A DNA stretch of 64,000 nt from Hemiscyllium ocellatum. Lineage: Eukaryota. Of the stretch, positions 24,905 to 36,653 are shown one piece after another; position 1 is the first letter of the stretch; the number at the start of each line of letters is the position of its first letter. The stretch covers positions 7,057,534-7,121,533 of the forward strand of contig NC_083409.1 of NCBI RefSeq assembly GCF_020745735.1. The letters run 5' to 3'. The position numbers were made by a program, and so were the translations under genes. Under the pieces are notes generated by a model. That model was not told the origin of the DNA and ran no database searches. It worked only from the letters and a program-made list of their open reading frames with translations.

Positions 24905-26700
24905 CACAATAATTATTCAAATGTAACTGGAGCATTCTTAAACTGAAATGGCATCACTCCCCATTGGTTTAATCCTGAAGGTGTGTTCATGTTGTCAGCG
25001 GTACTTGTCAATGTCCCTTTAATAAATCAATTTTACACAAGACTGATACACTATCAATCTTTCAATACAATCTTCTTATCTGAGAATAGGGAATGGATCA
25101 ATCTTTGTTACTGCATTCAGTTTCCTATAGTCTACACAGAATCTAATTGACCTGTCTAGTTTAGGGACCAATACCACAGGAAAACTCCAATTACTCTGAA
25201 AGTTTAATCAATTGATTCTCTATCATGTACTGAAGTTCCTTTGTTACGTTGACCTATTTCTCTGGGTTTAAGCAAAATGATTTTTTTATTGGGACTGAAT
25301 TATCTGCATCCACATCATGTCCAATTAATGTAATACAGCCAAATGTACTTTTAAAACCATGTATTGGAGAAGTATCAGTCCATGCAGGCCATCGAGTCAA
25401 CACTGTCATTCGATCACGGTTGATTTTTTTCTCACCCCCATTCTCTTCTGTTCTCTGCATTACCCTCCATCTCCTTACCAAGTAAGAACTTATCTATCTC
25501 ATTCTTAAATGCTCTTTATGACTCGGCCTCCATGGACCTCTGTGGCAGTGAGTTTCCCAGGTTCACCACTCACTTTCTGAAAAAAGTTTGGCTTTTCTCA
25601 GCTCTGAAGGGTCATCCCTTCAGTCTGCGGCTGTGGAAAGTATTCTCCACGAATCTCATTGATTAATACTTTAGTTCCGATTGAGTTCTCTAAAGGGAAA
25701 ATCAATTCTTTCTCCAGTAAAAGTGATTGCATTGTCCCGTATCTCACAGGTAGATTCTGGGTTTAGCTGACGAAAAAGGAGCCACCATTCCTTTTGATAA
25801 AAATCCTGTCCATCTCACAACTACTTAACAAACTCCTTTACTTCCTGACAGAATTCACCTCCGGTCTTTTTGTTATAATAACAGCTACAACCTGCTCCGT
25901 GGGATTATCTATCTGTGTTCCATTCTCTGACCCATTTTTACTAACTCGTGTAAGTCCCGTGGGTCTACCTCACAACTTCCAACATTCCAAACTCACGTGG
26001 CCCACCTTATTCCCAGAGCAACATTTAAGCTTCTGATCATCACTTCCACCCTCAGCAACTTCCTTCTTAATCTGAGAAGGAGTTCTCGGGATGTTCCCTC
26101 CTGTCCATTCTCTCCCCTGGCAGCCTGCCTTCCTCACACTCTGCCACATTTTAGTTTTCTCCCATTTCTGGGGCTGACAGAGAAAGGTTTCTGGATCAGT
26201 TATCGTTGTAGCTGCTTGTCGTGCCGTTGGTCTTTGGTCTTCGACAAGAATTTTGATTCTGGAAGGAAAGAAAGTCATAAATTCTTCTCAAAGAATAATT
26301 TCTCTGAGAGTATTGTAAGTACTCTCAGCCTTTATCGCTCTTATCCACTTGTCAGCATTATTTTGTTGAACTCTTCCAAACTCAGTAGCAGTTTGTCCAG
26401 ATTGTTTCCATAAGTTCTGTAACCTCTGTCTGTATGTTTCTGGGACCGACTCATGTGTGTTTAGAATAGCCCTTTTCCCCTCCCCATGATCTTGCGAATG
26501 TTCCTCAGACAAGGGTGGAGAAATCTCTTGTGCTTTGCCAGTTCATTTACTTTGCATGGGCAAGCTCCAGTCTGCTTTTGGCCACCTCACTTGTTTTGCT
26601 ATCTTCTTAAACAACATGGGGAATGCTTCCACGTCCTTCTCTTCAAATTTTGTCACAGGCTTCACTGTCTTCAACGTAGAGCCAGAGTTATGGAGTGATC
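24905..26700 (-). mobile_element. Ty3/Gypsy LTR retrotransposon remnant (Gmr1-like/SCAN-like gag, zinc knuckle remnant, RT), interrupted by a CR1 3' end at 25345-25660
   Basis: ORFs KFEEKDVEAFPMLFKKIAKQVRWP, HESVPETYRQRLQNL...LREIIL, KCCSGNKVGHVSLECWKL; decayed RT ..KIDLLKGH*QVPLT..MPFQFKNAPVTF on minus 24905-25340. Confidence 0.75.
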
Positions 26701-29330
26701 CAGCACAGAAACAGACCTTTCGGCTCACCATGTCTGTGCTGACCAATAAACACCAAACTGCACTAGTCCCATGAACATGCACTTGGTCCATAGCCAACTA
26801 TGCCCTGGCATTTTAAGTGCTTGTCCGGCTGCTTCTTAAATGTTGTGACAGTACCTGCCTTCACTACCCTCTCAGATTGCCAGTACCATATTTGTATCAT
26901 CTAGGTGAAAACATATTTGCTCAAATCCCTTCCAAACCACTTAATCTTCACCTTAATCTTATGCCTTCTGGTTTTAGATATGTCTTCCACAGGGTAAAGA
27001 ATCACGTAATCTACTTTGTAAATTTCATAAATTTTGTAAATTGCCTTTCATAATTTTGTGTACCTCAATCAGGTGTACCCCTCAACCTCCTCTACTCCAG
27101 GGAAAGCAAACCCAGCTGATCCAGTCTTTCTTTATAACTGAGACTTGCCATGCTAGGCAACATCCTGGTGTACCTCCTCTGGACCCTCTGCAGTGCAATC
27201 ATCTCCTTCTGATAGTGTGGTTACCAGAACTGCACACAGAACTCCAGCTGTGGCCTAATCAGGACTCTGTAAAGTAGCAACAAACTTCCTTGTTCCGATA
27301 TTCTACACCTAGCTGATCAAGTCATGCATCCCGTATGCCTTCTTCCCACCCTGTCTACCCGTGCTGTACACCTTCAGAAATCTATGGATTAGTACGCTCA
27401 GTTCCCTTTGATTCTCAGCACTCCCTAAGGACCTACCATTCATTGTGTATATCCTTCCCTTACTATGTCTCCAAACGTGCATCACCTCACATTTATCAGG
27501 ATTAAATTTCATCTGCCATTGCTGTGTTCAGGTTACCAGCTGAACAATATCAGGTTGCAGCCTGAAACCTTCCTCCTCATTATTAATAACACCAACAATT
27601 TCATGTCATCTGCAAATTTACAAATTATACCGTATACAATCACATCCAATGGTTCGTGTATACAGCAAACAACAAGAGTCCTAGCGTTGTTTCCTACGGT
27701 GCAACACTGGTCACAGGCCTCAAATTCTCCACCATCCCTCTTTGGCTCTCATTTGGAAGCTGGTTTTGGATCCTAACCTGCCTTCGATTCCAATGGGCTC
27801 TTAGACTTTGGGCCAGTCTTCCAAAGGCCTCACCGAAGTCCATATAAATACATCAACTTCACAACCCCATCAATATATTTATTCACCTTTTCAAAATACT
27901 CAATTAACATATTCAGACAGGATTGCCCTCTTACAAATAGGTGCTGGCATCCTTGTCTTTCCTACTGTCGGTTAATCCTGTTCCTCAGAATTGTTTCCAA
28001 TAATTTCCCTCCCACTGGTATCAGATGATTTGGTCCGTAATTTCCTGGCCTATCCCGGCCACTCTTCTTGAACAAAGGGCCATGTGAGCAATCCTCCAGT
28101 CACCTGACACTTCACCTGTGTCCAATAAAGATTGAATATCTCCCCCAGAGTTCCAGAAATCGCGTCCCTTGCCTCCCACAGCAGCCTGGGATACATTTCA
28201 TCAAGCTCTGGGCATTCACCCACCTTTATGCTCGCTAAAACATGCAATACTTCATTCTTATTCATCTTAACATGCTCTAGAACCTCTTTACCAGAAGTAC
28301 AATCTCCAGCTACAAAGTGTTTCTCTGTTGTGTACATTGGCTCCACACGATGTCCATTGGTCTCTAATAGATTCCATTATTTCCCTGGTCATCCTCTTAC
28401 CCTTAACAAACAGATAAAATTCTTTGGGTTTCTGCTTGATCCTATTTCACAAAGATATTTCATAGTCCCACTTTGCCCTCCTAATTTCCTTTTTAAGCAT
28501 CCCACCCAGTTCACTCTAATTCTGAAGGGTCTCCCCTGCTTTTAATTCTCTTTATGTGATATATGCTTCTTTCTTTTACTTTATGCAACCTCACTATCCC
28601 TTCACATCCAGGGGCCCCTGGGCTTGCTGTCCCTGCCCTTCACTCTGAGGGGAAAACGCTGTTCCTGAATTCTCACGATGCCACTTGTAAAAGACGCCCA
28701 CTTTCCAAATGTAGGCTGACCTGCAAGTAACTGCTCCTAGTCTATGTTTGCCAGATTCTGTTTAATGGCATTGAAATCGGCCTTTCCCCAATTAAGATAC
28801 TTAACTTGTGCACTGTCTTTATCCCTTTATATAATTACTTCGAAATTTACGGAGTTGTGGGCACTGTGCTTACCAACTGACACATCAACCACTTGACCAG
28901 CATCATTCGCTGAGATTAGGTCTAGTTCTGCCCCAACTCTACTGGGATTATCTACGAACTGGTACAAAAAGATCTCCTGGATGGACTTTAAAAATTCTGT
29001 CCTGTCTAATCTTTTCACACAAAGGCGATCGCAGTTAATGTTCACAAAGTTGAACTTCTCTCCTAATATAAAACTATTCCTCTCACACTCTCTGTGATTT
29101 GCCTGAATTTCTGCTCCTCTCTCTCCAACTGAATATTGGGGTCCTGTAGCATAATCCCAGCAAAGTGATGGCACCTGTATTATTTCTTAGATCAACCCAG
29201 ATGGCCTTATTTGAAGATTCTACTAAGACAATTTCCCTCATTCCTGCAGTGACGGTTTCCTTTCTAAATAATGCAATGGCCCCGCCTCCCTGTTGCATGC
29301 CCTCCATCCTGCCTGAAACTTCTCTACCCA
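26700..29330 (-). mobile_element. Long degenerate CR1 (EN to 3' end)
   Basis: Minus ORFs 27309 (KFNPDKCEVMH), 28050, 28827 and 29083 (GGGAIALF...LGLCYRTP). Confidence 0.85.
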
Positions 29331-29332
29331 GC

Positions 29333-29582
29333 TTTAAATTAAGGGGTGGTAGGTATAGGACAGATGTTAGGGGTAGATTCTTTACACAGCGGGTTGTGAG
29401 TTCATGGAATGCCCTGCCAGTAGCAGTGGTGAACTCTCCTTCTTTATGGTCATTTAAGCGGGCATTGGATAGGCTTTTGGAAGTTATTGGGCTAGTGTAG
29501 GTTAGGTAGGATTCGGTCGGCGCAACATCGAGGGCCGAAGGGCCTGTACTGCGCTGTATCTTTCTATGTTCTATGTTCTATG
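29333..29582 (+). mobile_element. Young 5'-truncated CR1 3' end with (TTCTATG)n tail
   Basis: FKLRGGRYRTDVRGRFFTQRVVSSWNALP followed by TTCTATGTTCTATGTTCTATG. Confidence 0.85.
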
Positions 29583-29615
29583 AATGTTATGTTGCAAGTC
29601 CTGTCCTTCTTACAA

Positions 29616-30192
29616 CTGTAAATGTGTTGCTGGTCAAAGCACAGCAGGCCAGGCAGCATCTCAGGAATAGAGAATTCGACGTTTCGAGCGTAAGCCCTTC
29701 ATCAGGAATAAGAGAGAGAGAGCCAAGCAGGCTAAGATAAAATGTAGGGAGGAGGGATTAGGGGGAGGGGCGATGGAGGTGGGATAGGTGGAAGGAGGTC
29801 AAGGTGAGGGTGATAGGCCGGAGTGGGGTGGGGGCGGAGAGGTCAGGAAGAGGATTGCAGGTTAGGAGGGCGGTGCTGAGTTGAGGGAACCGACTGAGAC
29901 AAGGTGGGGGGAGGGGAAATGAGGAAGCTGGAGAAATCTAAATTCATACCTTGTGGTTGGAGGGTTCCCAGGCGGAAGATGAGGCGCTCCTCCTCCAGCC
30001 GTCGTGTAGTTGTGTTCTGCCGGTGGAGGAGTCCAAGGACCTGCATGTCCTCGGTGGAGTGGGAGGGGGAGTTAAAGTGTTGAGCCACGGGGTGATTGGG
30101 TTGGTTGGTTCGGGCGGCCCAGAGGTGTTCTCTGAAGCGTTCCGCAAGTAAGCGGCCTGTCTCACCAATATAGAGGAGGCCACATCGGGTGC
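29616..30192 (-). mobile_element. 5'-truncated Penelope-like element, same family as 33996-36747 (GIY-YIG C-terminus + 3' pLTR)
   Basis: Near-identical reverse complement of 36170-36747 (AQHFNSPSHSTEDMQVLGLL...). Confidence 0.92.
29674..29709 (-). ncRNA. Minimal type I hammerhead ribozyme motif in PLE 3' pLTR
   Basis: Minus strand ATTC-CTGATGA-A-GGGC-TTAC-GCTC-GAAA-CG-TC-GAAT; complete conserved core with palindromic ACGU helix III. Confidence 0.75.
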
Positions 30193-30624
30193 CAAATCAA
30201 CTGGAATTGTTTGAGGATGTAAGGAATGGATTTAATAAGGTGAAGCTAGTAGTTTTTTGTTCTTAATTCATTCATGGGAAGAGGGTGTCGCTGGAGAGGC
30301 AGCACTTATTGCCCAGAGGGCAGTTCAAAAGTCAACCATGTTGTTGTGGGTCTGGAGTCACACGTTGTCCAGACCAGGTAAGGATGGCAGTTTCCTTCCC
30401 TAAAGGACATTAGTGAACCAGATGGGTTTTTCAAACAATCAACAGTGGATGCATGGTCATTATTTTATTATTAATTGTGGATTAATGTGCTTCATTTACA
30501 CTTTCAAAAGTCTTCTAGTAAATCCCACAAAAGAGGATAGCATATAAAATTAAGGCTCATGGGCTTGTGGGCAGTGTATTGACATGGATAGAGAACTGAT
30601 TGCAGACAGGAAACAAAGTCATGC

Positions 30625-31560
30625 AGTCATTGAGTCCTACAGCACGGAGACAGGCCCTTCGGCCTAAACTGGCGCACACCGACCAAAATGTCCGACCACA
30701 CTAACCCAATTTCCCTGCACTTGGTCCATATCCTTCTTAACGTTTTCCACCCATGTAATTGGCCAAATGCCTTTTAAATATTGTTAATGTACCTGCCTCA
30801 ATCACTTCTGCTGGCAGCTCATTCCATACGTGTACCACCCTCTGTGTAACAAAGTGCCCCTCAGGTTCCCTTCTATTCTTTCCCCTCTACCCTTAAACTG
30901 TTGCCCTCTCGTCCTTTATTTACAAACCCTCGGAAAAGGACTGCGTGCATTCACCCAATCCATGCCTCTCATGATCTGAGACACTGCTATAAGGTTCCCC
31001 CTCAGTATCCCATGCTCTAAAGATAAAGGACATAGCTTGTCCAACCTCTCCCTATAACTCAGACCCTTGAGTTCTGGCAACATTCTTGTAAATTTCTCCT
31101 ACACTCTTTCCAGTTTAATAACATCCTTCCTATAAGAAGGTGACCAAAATTGAACACAGTACTCCAAGTGTGGCCTCACCAACTTCCCAACTTCTCTCGT
31201 CAATGCCCAGACTGATGAAGGTCAGTGTGCCAAAAGCCTTCATCATTGTCCTGTCTAACAGTGACTCCACTTCCAGAGAACCATGCACCTGAACTCCAAG
31301 GACATTCTGCATCAATATACTCCTTCATGCCCTACCATTCACCATGAAACTCCTACCTAGATTTGACTTTCCAAAATGCAAGACCTCACGCTTATCTACA
31401 GTCAACTCCATTAGCCATTTTTCGGTCCACTTCCCCAGCTGATCGAAGTCCTGCTGCAATTTCTGATAACCTTCCTCACTGTCCACGATACCGCCTATTT
31501 TAGTGTGATTTGGAAATTTATGAATCAAGCCTTGTACACTCTCATCCAAATCATAGATGT
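30625..31560 (-). mobile_element. CR1 RT/3' fragment
   Basis: ORF 31325(-) DDLDESVQGLIHKFPNHTKIGG...WLMELTVDKREVLHFG. Confidence 0.85.
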
Positions 31561-33020
31561 AATGTAGGAATAAACAGGCCTTTTTCTGAAAGGGCTGAAT
31601 GAGCTCAGATCTGGACCACAGGCCTGGAGACCAATGATTCACGTGATATGTTAATGATTTAGATGATGGAATTAAGATTAATATCTCCAGGTTAGCGGAT
31701 GACACAAAGCTGGTTGAGAGGGGGAGTTGTGAGGAGGATGTAGAGATGCTTCTGTGTGATTTGAATGAATTGAGTTAGTCACAGATGATGTACAATGTGG
31801 ATTAAAGTGAAGTTACTCAGTTTAGAATCAAAAACAGGAATGCAGATTATTATCTGAATAGGGATAGACTGAGAATGGGAAAGTGCAATATACACCAGTC
31901 GCTAAATGTAAGCATTGCAGGAGCAGCAAGTAGTGAAGAAAGCCAATGGTATTTTGGTCCTTCATAGAGATAGGATTCAAGTACAGGAGCAGGGATGTCT
32001 TGCTGCAATTTTACAGGGCTCTAGTGAGGTCACACCTGGAGTATTCCATCAACATTTGGCTCAATGACAGGAGACAGAGGGTAGAGTGAGAAATGTGTTT
32101 GTGTGACTGGATCCAGTGTGCCGTGGGATACCACAGGGATCACTGCTGGGTCCCTTATTATTTGTCATACTTAGAAACAATGTGGATGAGAATGTGATGG
32201 TGTGGGAGGTTGAGTTAGCGAATGAAACTAAGTTTGTATATGACATGAAGATTGGTGGATGGTTAAAGTGAGGAAGAAGGTGTTATGTTACAGGATGATA
32301 TAAGTGAGTTGGTCAGATAGGCAGAGAAAAGGCAGATGGAAATTAACCCTGCTAAATGTGAGGTGAAGCACTTTGGAAGACACAGCCGGTTAACAGGGCG
32401 GGAATGAAGCCATATGGGACACTTCCCTTTCTCATTTCAAGGGTGGGTGATAAAAACAGGGAGGTTATGTTGGAATTGTTCAGAACTAAGGTGAGGTGAG
32501 AGCTGAAGTACTGTGTGCAGTCATGGTCACCACACTATAGGAATGATGTGATTACACTGGACAGAGTACAGATGAGATTAACCAGGAAGTTGCCTGGGAT
32601 GAAGCATTTCAATGATGAAGAGAGGCTGGATAAGCTCGAGTTGTTGTCTTTGTAGCAGAAAAGGTTGCTGGGGTCCCTGATAGAGATGTATAAAGTTATG
32701 AGGACATTGCACAGGAGGCAGAGAGTAAATAACATGGTGGCACACATTCATTGTGAAAAACAGGAGCTTCAGAGGTTATTTGAGGAGCATAATTTTCACT
32801 CAGAAGATGGTGAGGGTCTGCATGCATTGACTGGGAGGGTAGTTGCCGGAGGAAACTTCTTAACCTTTAAAATGTCCTTGTATGAACACTGAAATGTCAT
32901 AACATTCAAGGCTATGGGCCTAATGTTAGAAAGTGGGACTCGTTTAAGTTTAGTGTTGTTTGGCTGGTACAGGATCAATGGGCTGAAGGGCCTCTTCTGT
33001 ACAGTGTGATTTTAAGACTC
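31560..33020 (+). mobile_element. CR1 RT/3' fragments
   Basis: GTGGGATACCACAGGGATCACTGCTGGGTCCC (GIPQGSLLGP) and CR1 3' end at ~33000. Confidence 0.75.
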
Positions 33021-33049
33021 TATTCTGTGCAATTTTGGGCTTCTTATCA

Positions 33050-33480
33050 GAGGAAGGATATTCGGGCTGTGAAGGGAGGGCAAGGAGGGGACAAGGATGA
33101 GAATTTGAAAAATAAAGCACTGCTAGACCGGGAGCCAATGTAGGTCAGTGACCATGGCGAAGGGGGGGAGGGGGGGCGGGGATCGGGCGGGTGGGGCTTG
33201 GTGCGAGTTTGGATATGGGCAGCAGAGTTTGGGATGAGCTGACATTTGCAGAGTGTGGTGGCTCTGATGTAGTCCAGGATAACATTGGAATGGTCACTTT
33301 TGGAGACCCAACAACATGGCTGAGATTTTCAGTGGCTGATCTTTGTGATGTGGGGGACATGGGGTTCAGATCAGCCTCAAAGATGATGCCAAGGTTGGAA
33401 AGAGTCTGGTTGAGCAGCAGACAGTGCTCAGTGAGAGGGATGGAGTTTGTACTGGGATCTGAAGAGGATGGCTGTGACCT
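33050..33480 (-). mobile_element. L2 LINE fragment, paralogous to 21170-21720
   Basis: ORF 33145(-) NSIPLTEHCLLLNQTLSNLGIIFE; inverted homology to 21170-21720. Confidence 0.65.
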
Positions 33481-33755
33481 TCCCAATGTGTTTCACAGTG
33501 AGCCTGGCTCCTCAGTCCTGACTGCTCTTAGCTGCTGTGATGGTCACTGATTGGACACTTATTATTAGAGATTCTGACCACAGCAGAATGCCCCAGTGTA
33601 AAAAATAACCGCAAAGATTGTCAGATCGCAAGGTTGAAACTTCACCAAGAGAGGAAGTGAAAGAAGGAGCTCGGAGCAACTGGACGTTTGTTACTGAGAC
33701 TGGAGAAAACTGTGAACTGTCTGCACTCCCTGGAATCTAACAGCACAGGAGGCTG
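33480..33755 (+). promoter_or_regulatory. Conserved non-repeat block, copy 2, with EICE GGAAGTGAAA (33653-33662), E-box CAACTG and ATTGG
   Basis: About a dozen mismatches over ~215 bp versus copy 1 (by eye). Confidence 0.5.
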
Positions 33756-34010
33756 GTTCTGGGATTTTTTTTGCAGAAACAGCATAATGATGGAAACAGG
33801 ATCAGTCACTCTCTCACAAACACAGACGCCTGCACTCGGAGATCAGAAACAGAATCCAGCAGCAGCTGTCTCCAAGTTGTGAAACCTGCACAGAATTGTT
33901 CCCTTATTCTGTTTTTAACTGGAAGGATAGACCAAGCAGGGGAGGCAACACAGTGGTGTGTACGGTCGGACGGGAGTTGCCCTGGAGTGCTCACCGAGTA
34001 ACCCTAACCC

Positions 34011-34172
34011 CCACGTCGAGCAACGTCACCACGTCCCCCCACGTCGAGCAACGTCACCACGTCCCCCCACGTCGAGCAACGTCACCACGTCACGCATGAC
34101 CCCGCCCCCACGTCAAGCAACGTCACCACGTCACGCATGACCCCGCCCCCACGTCGAGCAACGTCACCACGT
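34011..34172 (+). repeat. CpG-rich tandem repeat at PLE 5' end (core CCACGTCGAGCAACGTCACCACGTC; 5 units of about 27-41 bp)
   Basis: Directly visible. Confidence 0.9.
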
Positions 34173-36520
34173 CTAACTCCGCACCTACTTCGATCTCTGT
34201 CCCCGCCCCCAGCTCCAGCTCCAGTCCCACACCAGGTCCTAGCTCCCAGCCTTGCCGGATTTTCACCATCCCTCCAGATCTCCCCCTCTCTGAGGATGAA
34301 AGATCAGTCCTCAGCAGGGGCCTCACCTTCGTTCCCCTACGCCCTCGGATTAATGAGTTCAACACACGGCGAGATATTGAACAATTCTTCCGCCGCCTTC
34401 GCCTCCATGCCTACTTTCACAACCAAGACTCCCGCCCACCCTCTGACGACGCCTTCTCCCGCCTCCAACACACCCCATCCACCTGGACACCCCGTGCTGG
34501 CCTCCTACCCGCCCTCGACCTCTTTATAGCCAACTGCCGCCGTGACATCAACCGACTCAACCTGTCCACCCCTCTCACCCACTCCAACCTCTCACCCTCA
34601 GAACGTGCAGCCCTCCACTCCCTCCGCTCCAATCCCAACCTCACCATCAAACCCGCAGACAAGGGAGGCGCGGTAGTAGTTTGGCGCACTGACCTGCACA
34701 CCGCTGAAGCCAAACGCCAGCTCGCGGACGCCTCCTCTTATCGCCCCCTTGACCACGACCCCACCTCCCACCACCAAACCATCATCTCCCAGACCATCCA
34801 GGACCTCATCACCTCAGGGGATCTCCCATCCACCGCCTCCAACCTCATAGTCCCACAACCCCGCACCGCCCGTTTCTACCTCCTGCCCAAAATCCACAAA
34901 CCTGCCTGCCCCGGCCGACCCATTGTCTCAGCCTGCTCCTGCCCCACCGAACTCATCTCCCAATACCTCGACACGGTCCTGTCCCCTTTAGTCCAAGAAC
35001 TCCCCACCTACGTTCGGGACACCACCCACGCCCTCCACCTCCTTCAGGGTTTTCGCTTCCCCGGTCCCCAATGCCTTATTTTCACTATGGACATCCAGTC
35101 CCTGTACACCTCCATCCCCCATCACGAAGGACTCAAAGCCCTCCGCTTGTTCCTTTCCCGCCGCACCAACCAGTACGCTTCCACTGACACCCTCCTTCGA
35201 CTGACTGAACTGGTCCTCACCCTGAATAACTTCTCTTTTCAATCCTCCCACTTCCTCCAAACTAAAGGAGTTGCCATGGGCACCCGCATGGGCCCCAGCT
35301 ATGCCTGCCTCTTCGTAGGATATGTGGAACAGTCCATCTTCCGCAACTACACTGGCACCACCCCCCACCTTTTCCTCCGCTACATCGATGACTGTATCGG
35401 CGCTGCCTCGTGCTCCCACGAGGAGGTTGAACAGTTCATCAACTTTACTAACACCTTCCATCCCGACCTGAAATTCACCTGGACTGTCTCAGACTCCTCC
35501 CTCCCCTTCCTAGACCTTTCCATTTCTATCTCGGGCGACCGACTCAACACAGACATCTATTATAAACCGACTGACTCCCACAGCTACCTGGACTACACCT
35601 CCTCCCGCCCTGCCCCCTGTAAAAACGCCATCCCATATTCCCAATTCCTTCGTCTCCGCCGCATCTGCTCCCAGGAGGACCAATTCCAACACCGCACAGC
35701 CCAGATGGCCTCCTTCTTCAAGGACCGCAGATTCCCCCCAGACGTGATCGACGATGCCCTCCACCGCATCTCCTCCACTTCCCGCTCCTCCGCCCTTGAG
35801 CCCCGCTTCTCCAACCGCCACCAAGACAGAACCCCACTGGTTCTCACCTACCACCCCACCAACCTGCGCATACAACGTATTATCCGCCGCCATTTCCGCC
35901 ACCTCCAAACGGACCCCACCACCAAGGATATATTTCCCTCCCCTCTCCTATCAGTGTTCCGCAAGGACCACTCCCTTCGTGACTCCCTTGTCAGATCCAC
36001 ACCCCCCACCAACCCAACCTCCACCCCCGGCAGCTTCCCCTGCAACCGCAGGAAATGTAAAACTTGCGCCCACACCTCCACACTCACTTCCCTCCAAGGC
36101 CCCAAGGGATCCTTCCATATCCGCCATAAGTTCACCTGTACCTCCACACACATCATCTATTGCATCCGCTGCACCCGATGTGGCCTCCTCTATATTGGTG
36201 AGACAGGCCGCTTACTTGCGGAACGCTTCAGAGAACACCTCTGGGCCGCCCGAACCAACCAACCCAATCACCCCGTGGCTCAACACTTTAACTCCCCCTC
36301 CCACTCCACCGAGGACATGCAGGTCCTTGGACTCCTCCACCGGCAGAACACAACTACACGACGGCTGGAGGAGGAGCGCCTCATCTTCCGCCTGGGAACC
36401 CTCCAACCACAAGGTATGAATTCAGATTTCTCCAGCTTCCTCATTTCCCCTCCCCCCACCTTGTCTCAGTCGGTTTCCTCAACTCAGCACCGCCCTCCTA
36501 ACCTGCAATCCTCTTCCTGA
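34100..36520 (+). CDS. Penelope-like RT-GIY-YIG polyprotein; stop-free frame of about 806 codons (ORF track shows only the part from Met 35087)
   Basis: Manual translation of frame 2 from 34100 to 35087 found no stop (PCRIFTIPPDLPLSEDERSVLSRGLTFVP...), continuing into the 477-aa ORF; no in-frame ATG before 35087. Confidence 0.85.
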   Translation, partial: PRPHVKQRHHVTHDPAPTSSNVTTSNSAPTSISVPAPSSSSSPTPGPSSQPCRIFTIPPDLPLSEDERSVLSRGLTFVPLRPRINEFNTRRDIEQFFRRLRLHAYFHNQDSRPPSDDAFSRLQHTPSTWTPRAGLLPALDLFIANCRRDINRLNLSTPLTHSNLSPSERAALHSLRSNPNLTIKPADKGGAVVVWRTDLHTAEAKRQLADASSYRPLDHDPTSHHQTIISQTIQDLITSGDLPSTASNLIVPQPRTARFYLLPKIHKPACPGRPIVSACSCPTELISQYLDTVLSPLVQELPTYVRDTTHALHLLQGFRFPGPQCLIFTMDIQSLYTSIPHHEGLKALRLFLSRRTNQYASTDTLLRLTELVLTLNNFSFQSSHFLQTKGVAMGTRMGPSYACLFVGYVEQSIFRNYTGTTPHLFLRYIDDCIGAASCSHEEVEQFINFTNTFHPDLKFTWTVSDSSLPFLDLSISISGDRLNTDIYYKPTDSHSYLDYTSSRPAPCKNAIPYSQFLRLRRICSQEDQFQHRTAQMASFFKDRRFPPDVIDDALHRISSTSRSSALEPRFSNRHQDRTPLVLTYHPTNLRIQRIIRRHFRHLQTDPTTKDIFPSPLLSVFRKDHSLRDSLVRSTPPTNPTSTPGSFPCNRRKCKTCAHTSTLTSLQGPKGSFHIRHKFTCTSTHIIYCIRCTRCGLLYIGETGRLLAERFREHLWAARTNQPNHPVAQHFNSPSHSTEDMQVLGLLHRQNTTTRRLEEERLIFRLGTLQPQGMNSDFSSFLISPPPTLSQSVSSTQHRPPNLQSSS

Positions 36521-36653
36521 CCTCTCTGCCCCCACCCCACTCCGGCCTATCACCCTCACCTTGACCTCCTTCCACCTATCCCACCTCCATCGCCCCTCCC
36601 CCTAGTCCCTCCTCCCTACCTTTTATCTCAGCCTGCTTGGCTCTCTCTCTCTT

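Noticed and set aside
22520-33020. CR1 at 22520-23330(-) and 32045-33020(+) as orthologous insertions of the inverted duplication
   Set aside because: Positions are symmetric, but divergence is high and the internal deletions differ, so independent insertions cannot be excluded by eye
33612-33740. Short frame QRLSDRK.ETSPREEVKEGAR...ALPG* open in both copies of the conserved block
   Set aside because: An in-frame stop lies immediately upstream, there is no ATG or good splice acceptor, and it is only ~42 codons; non-coding conservation is more parsimonious
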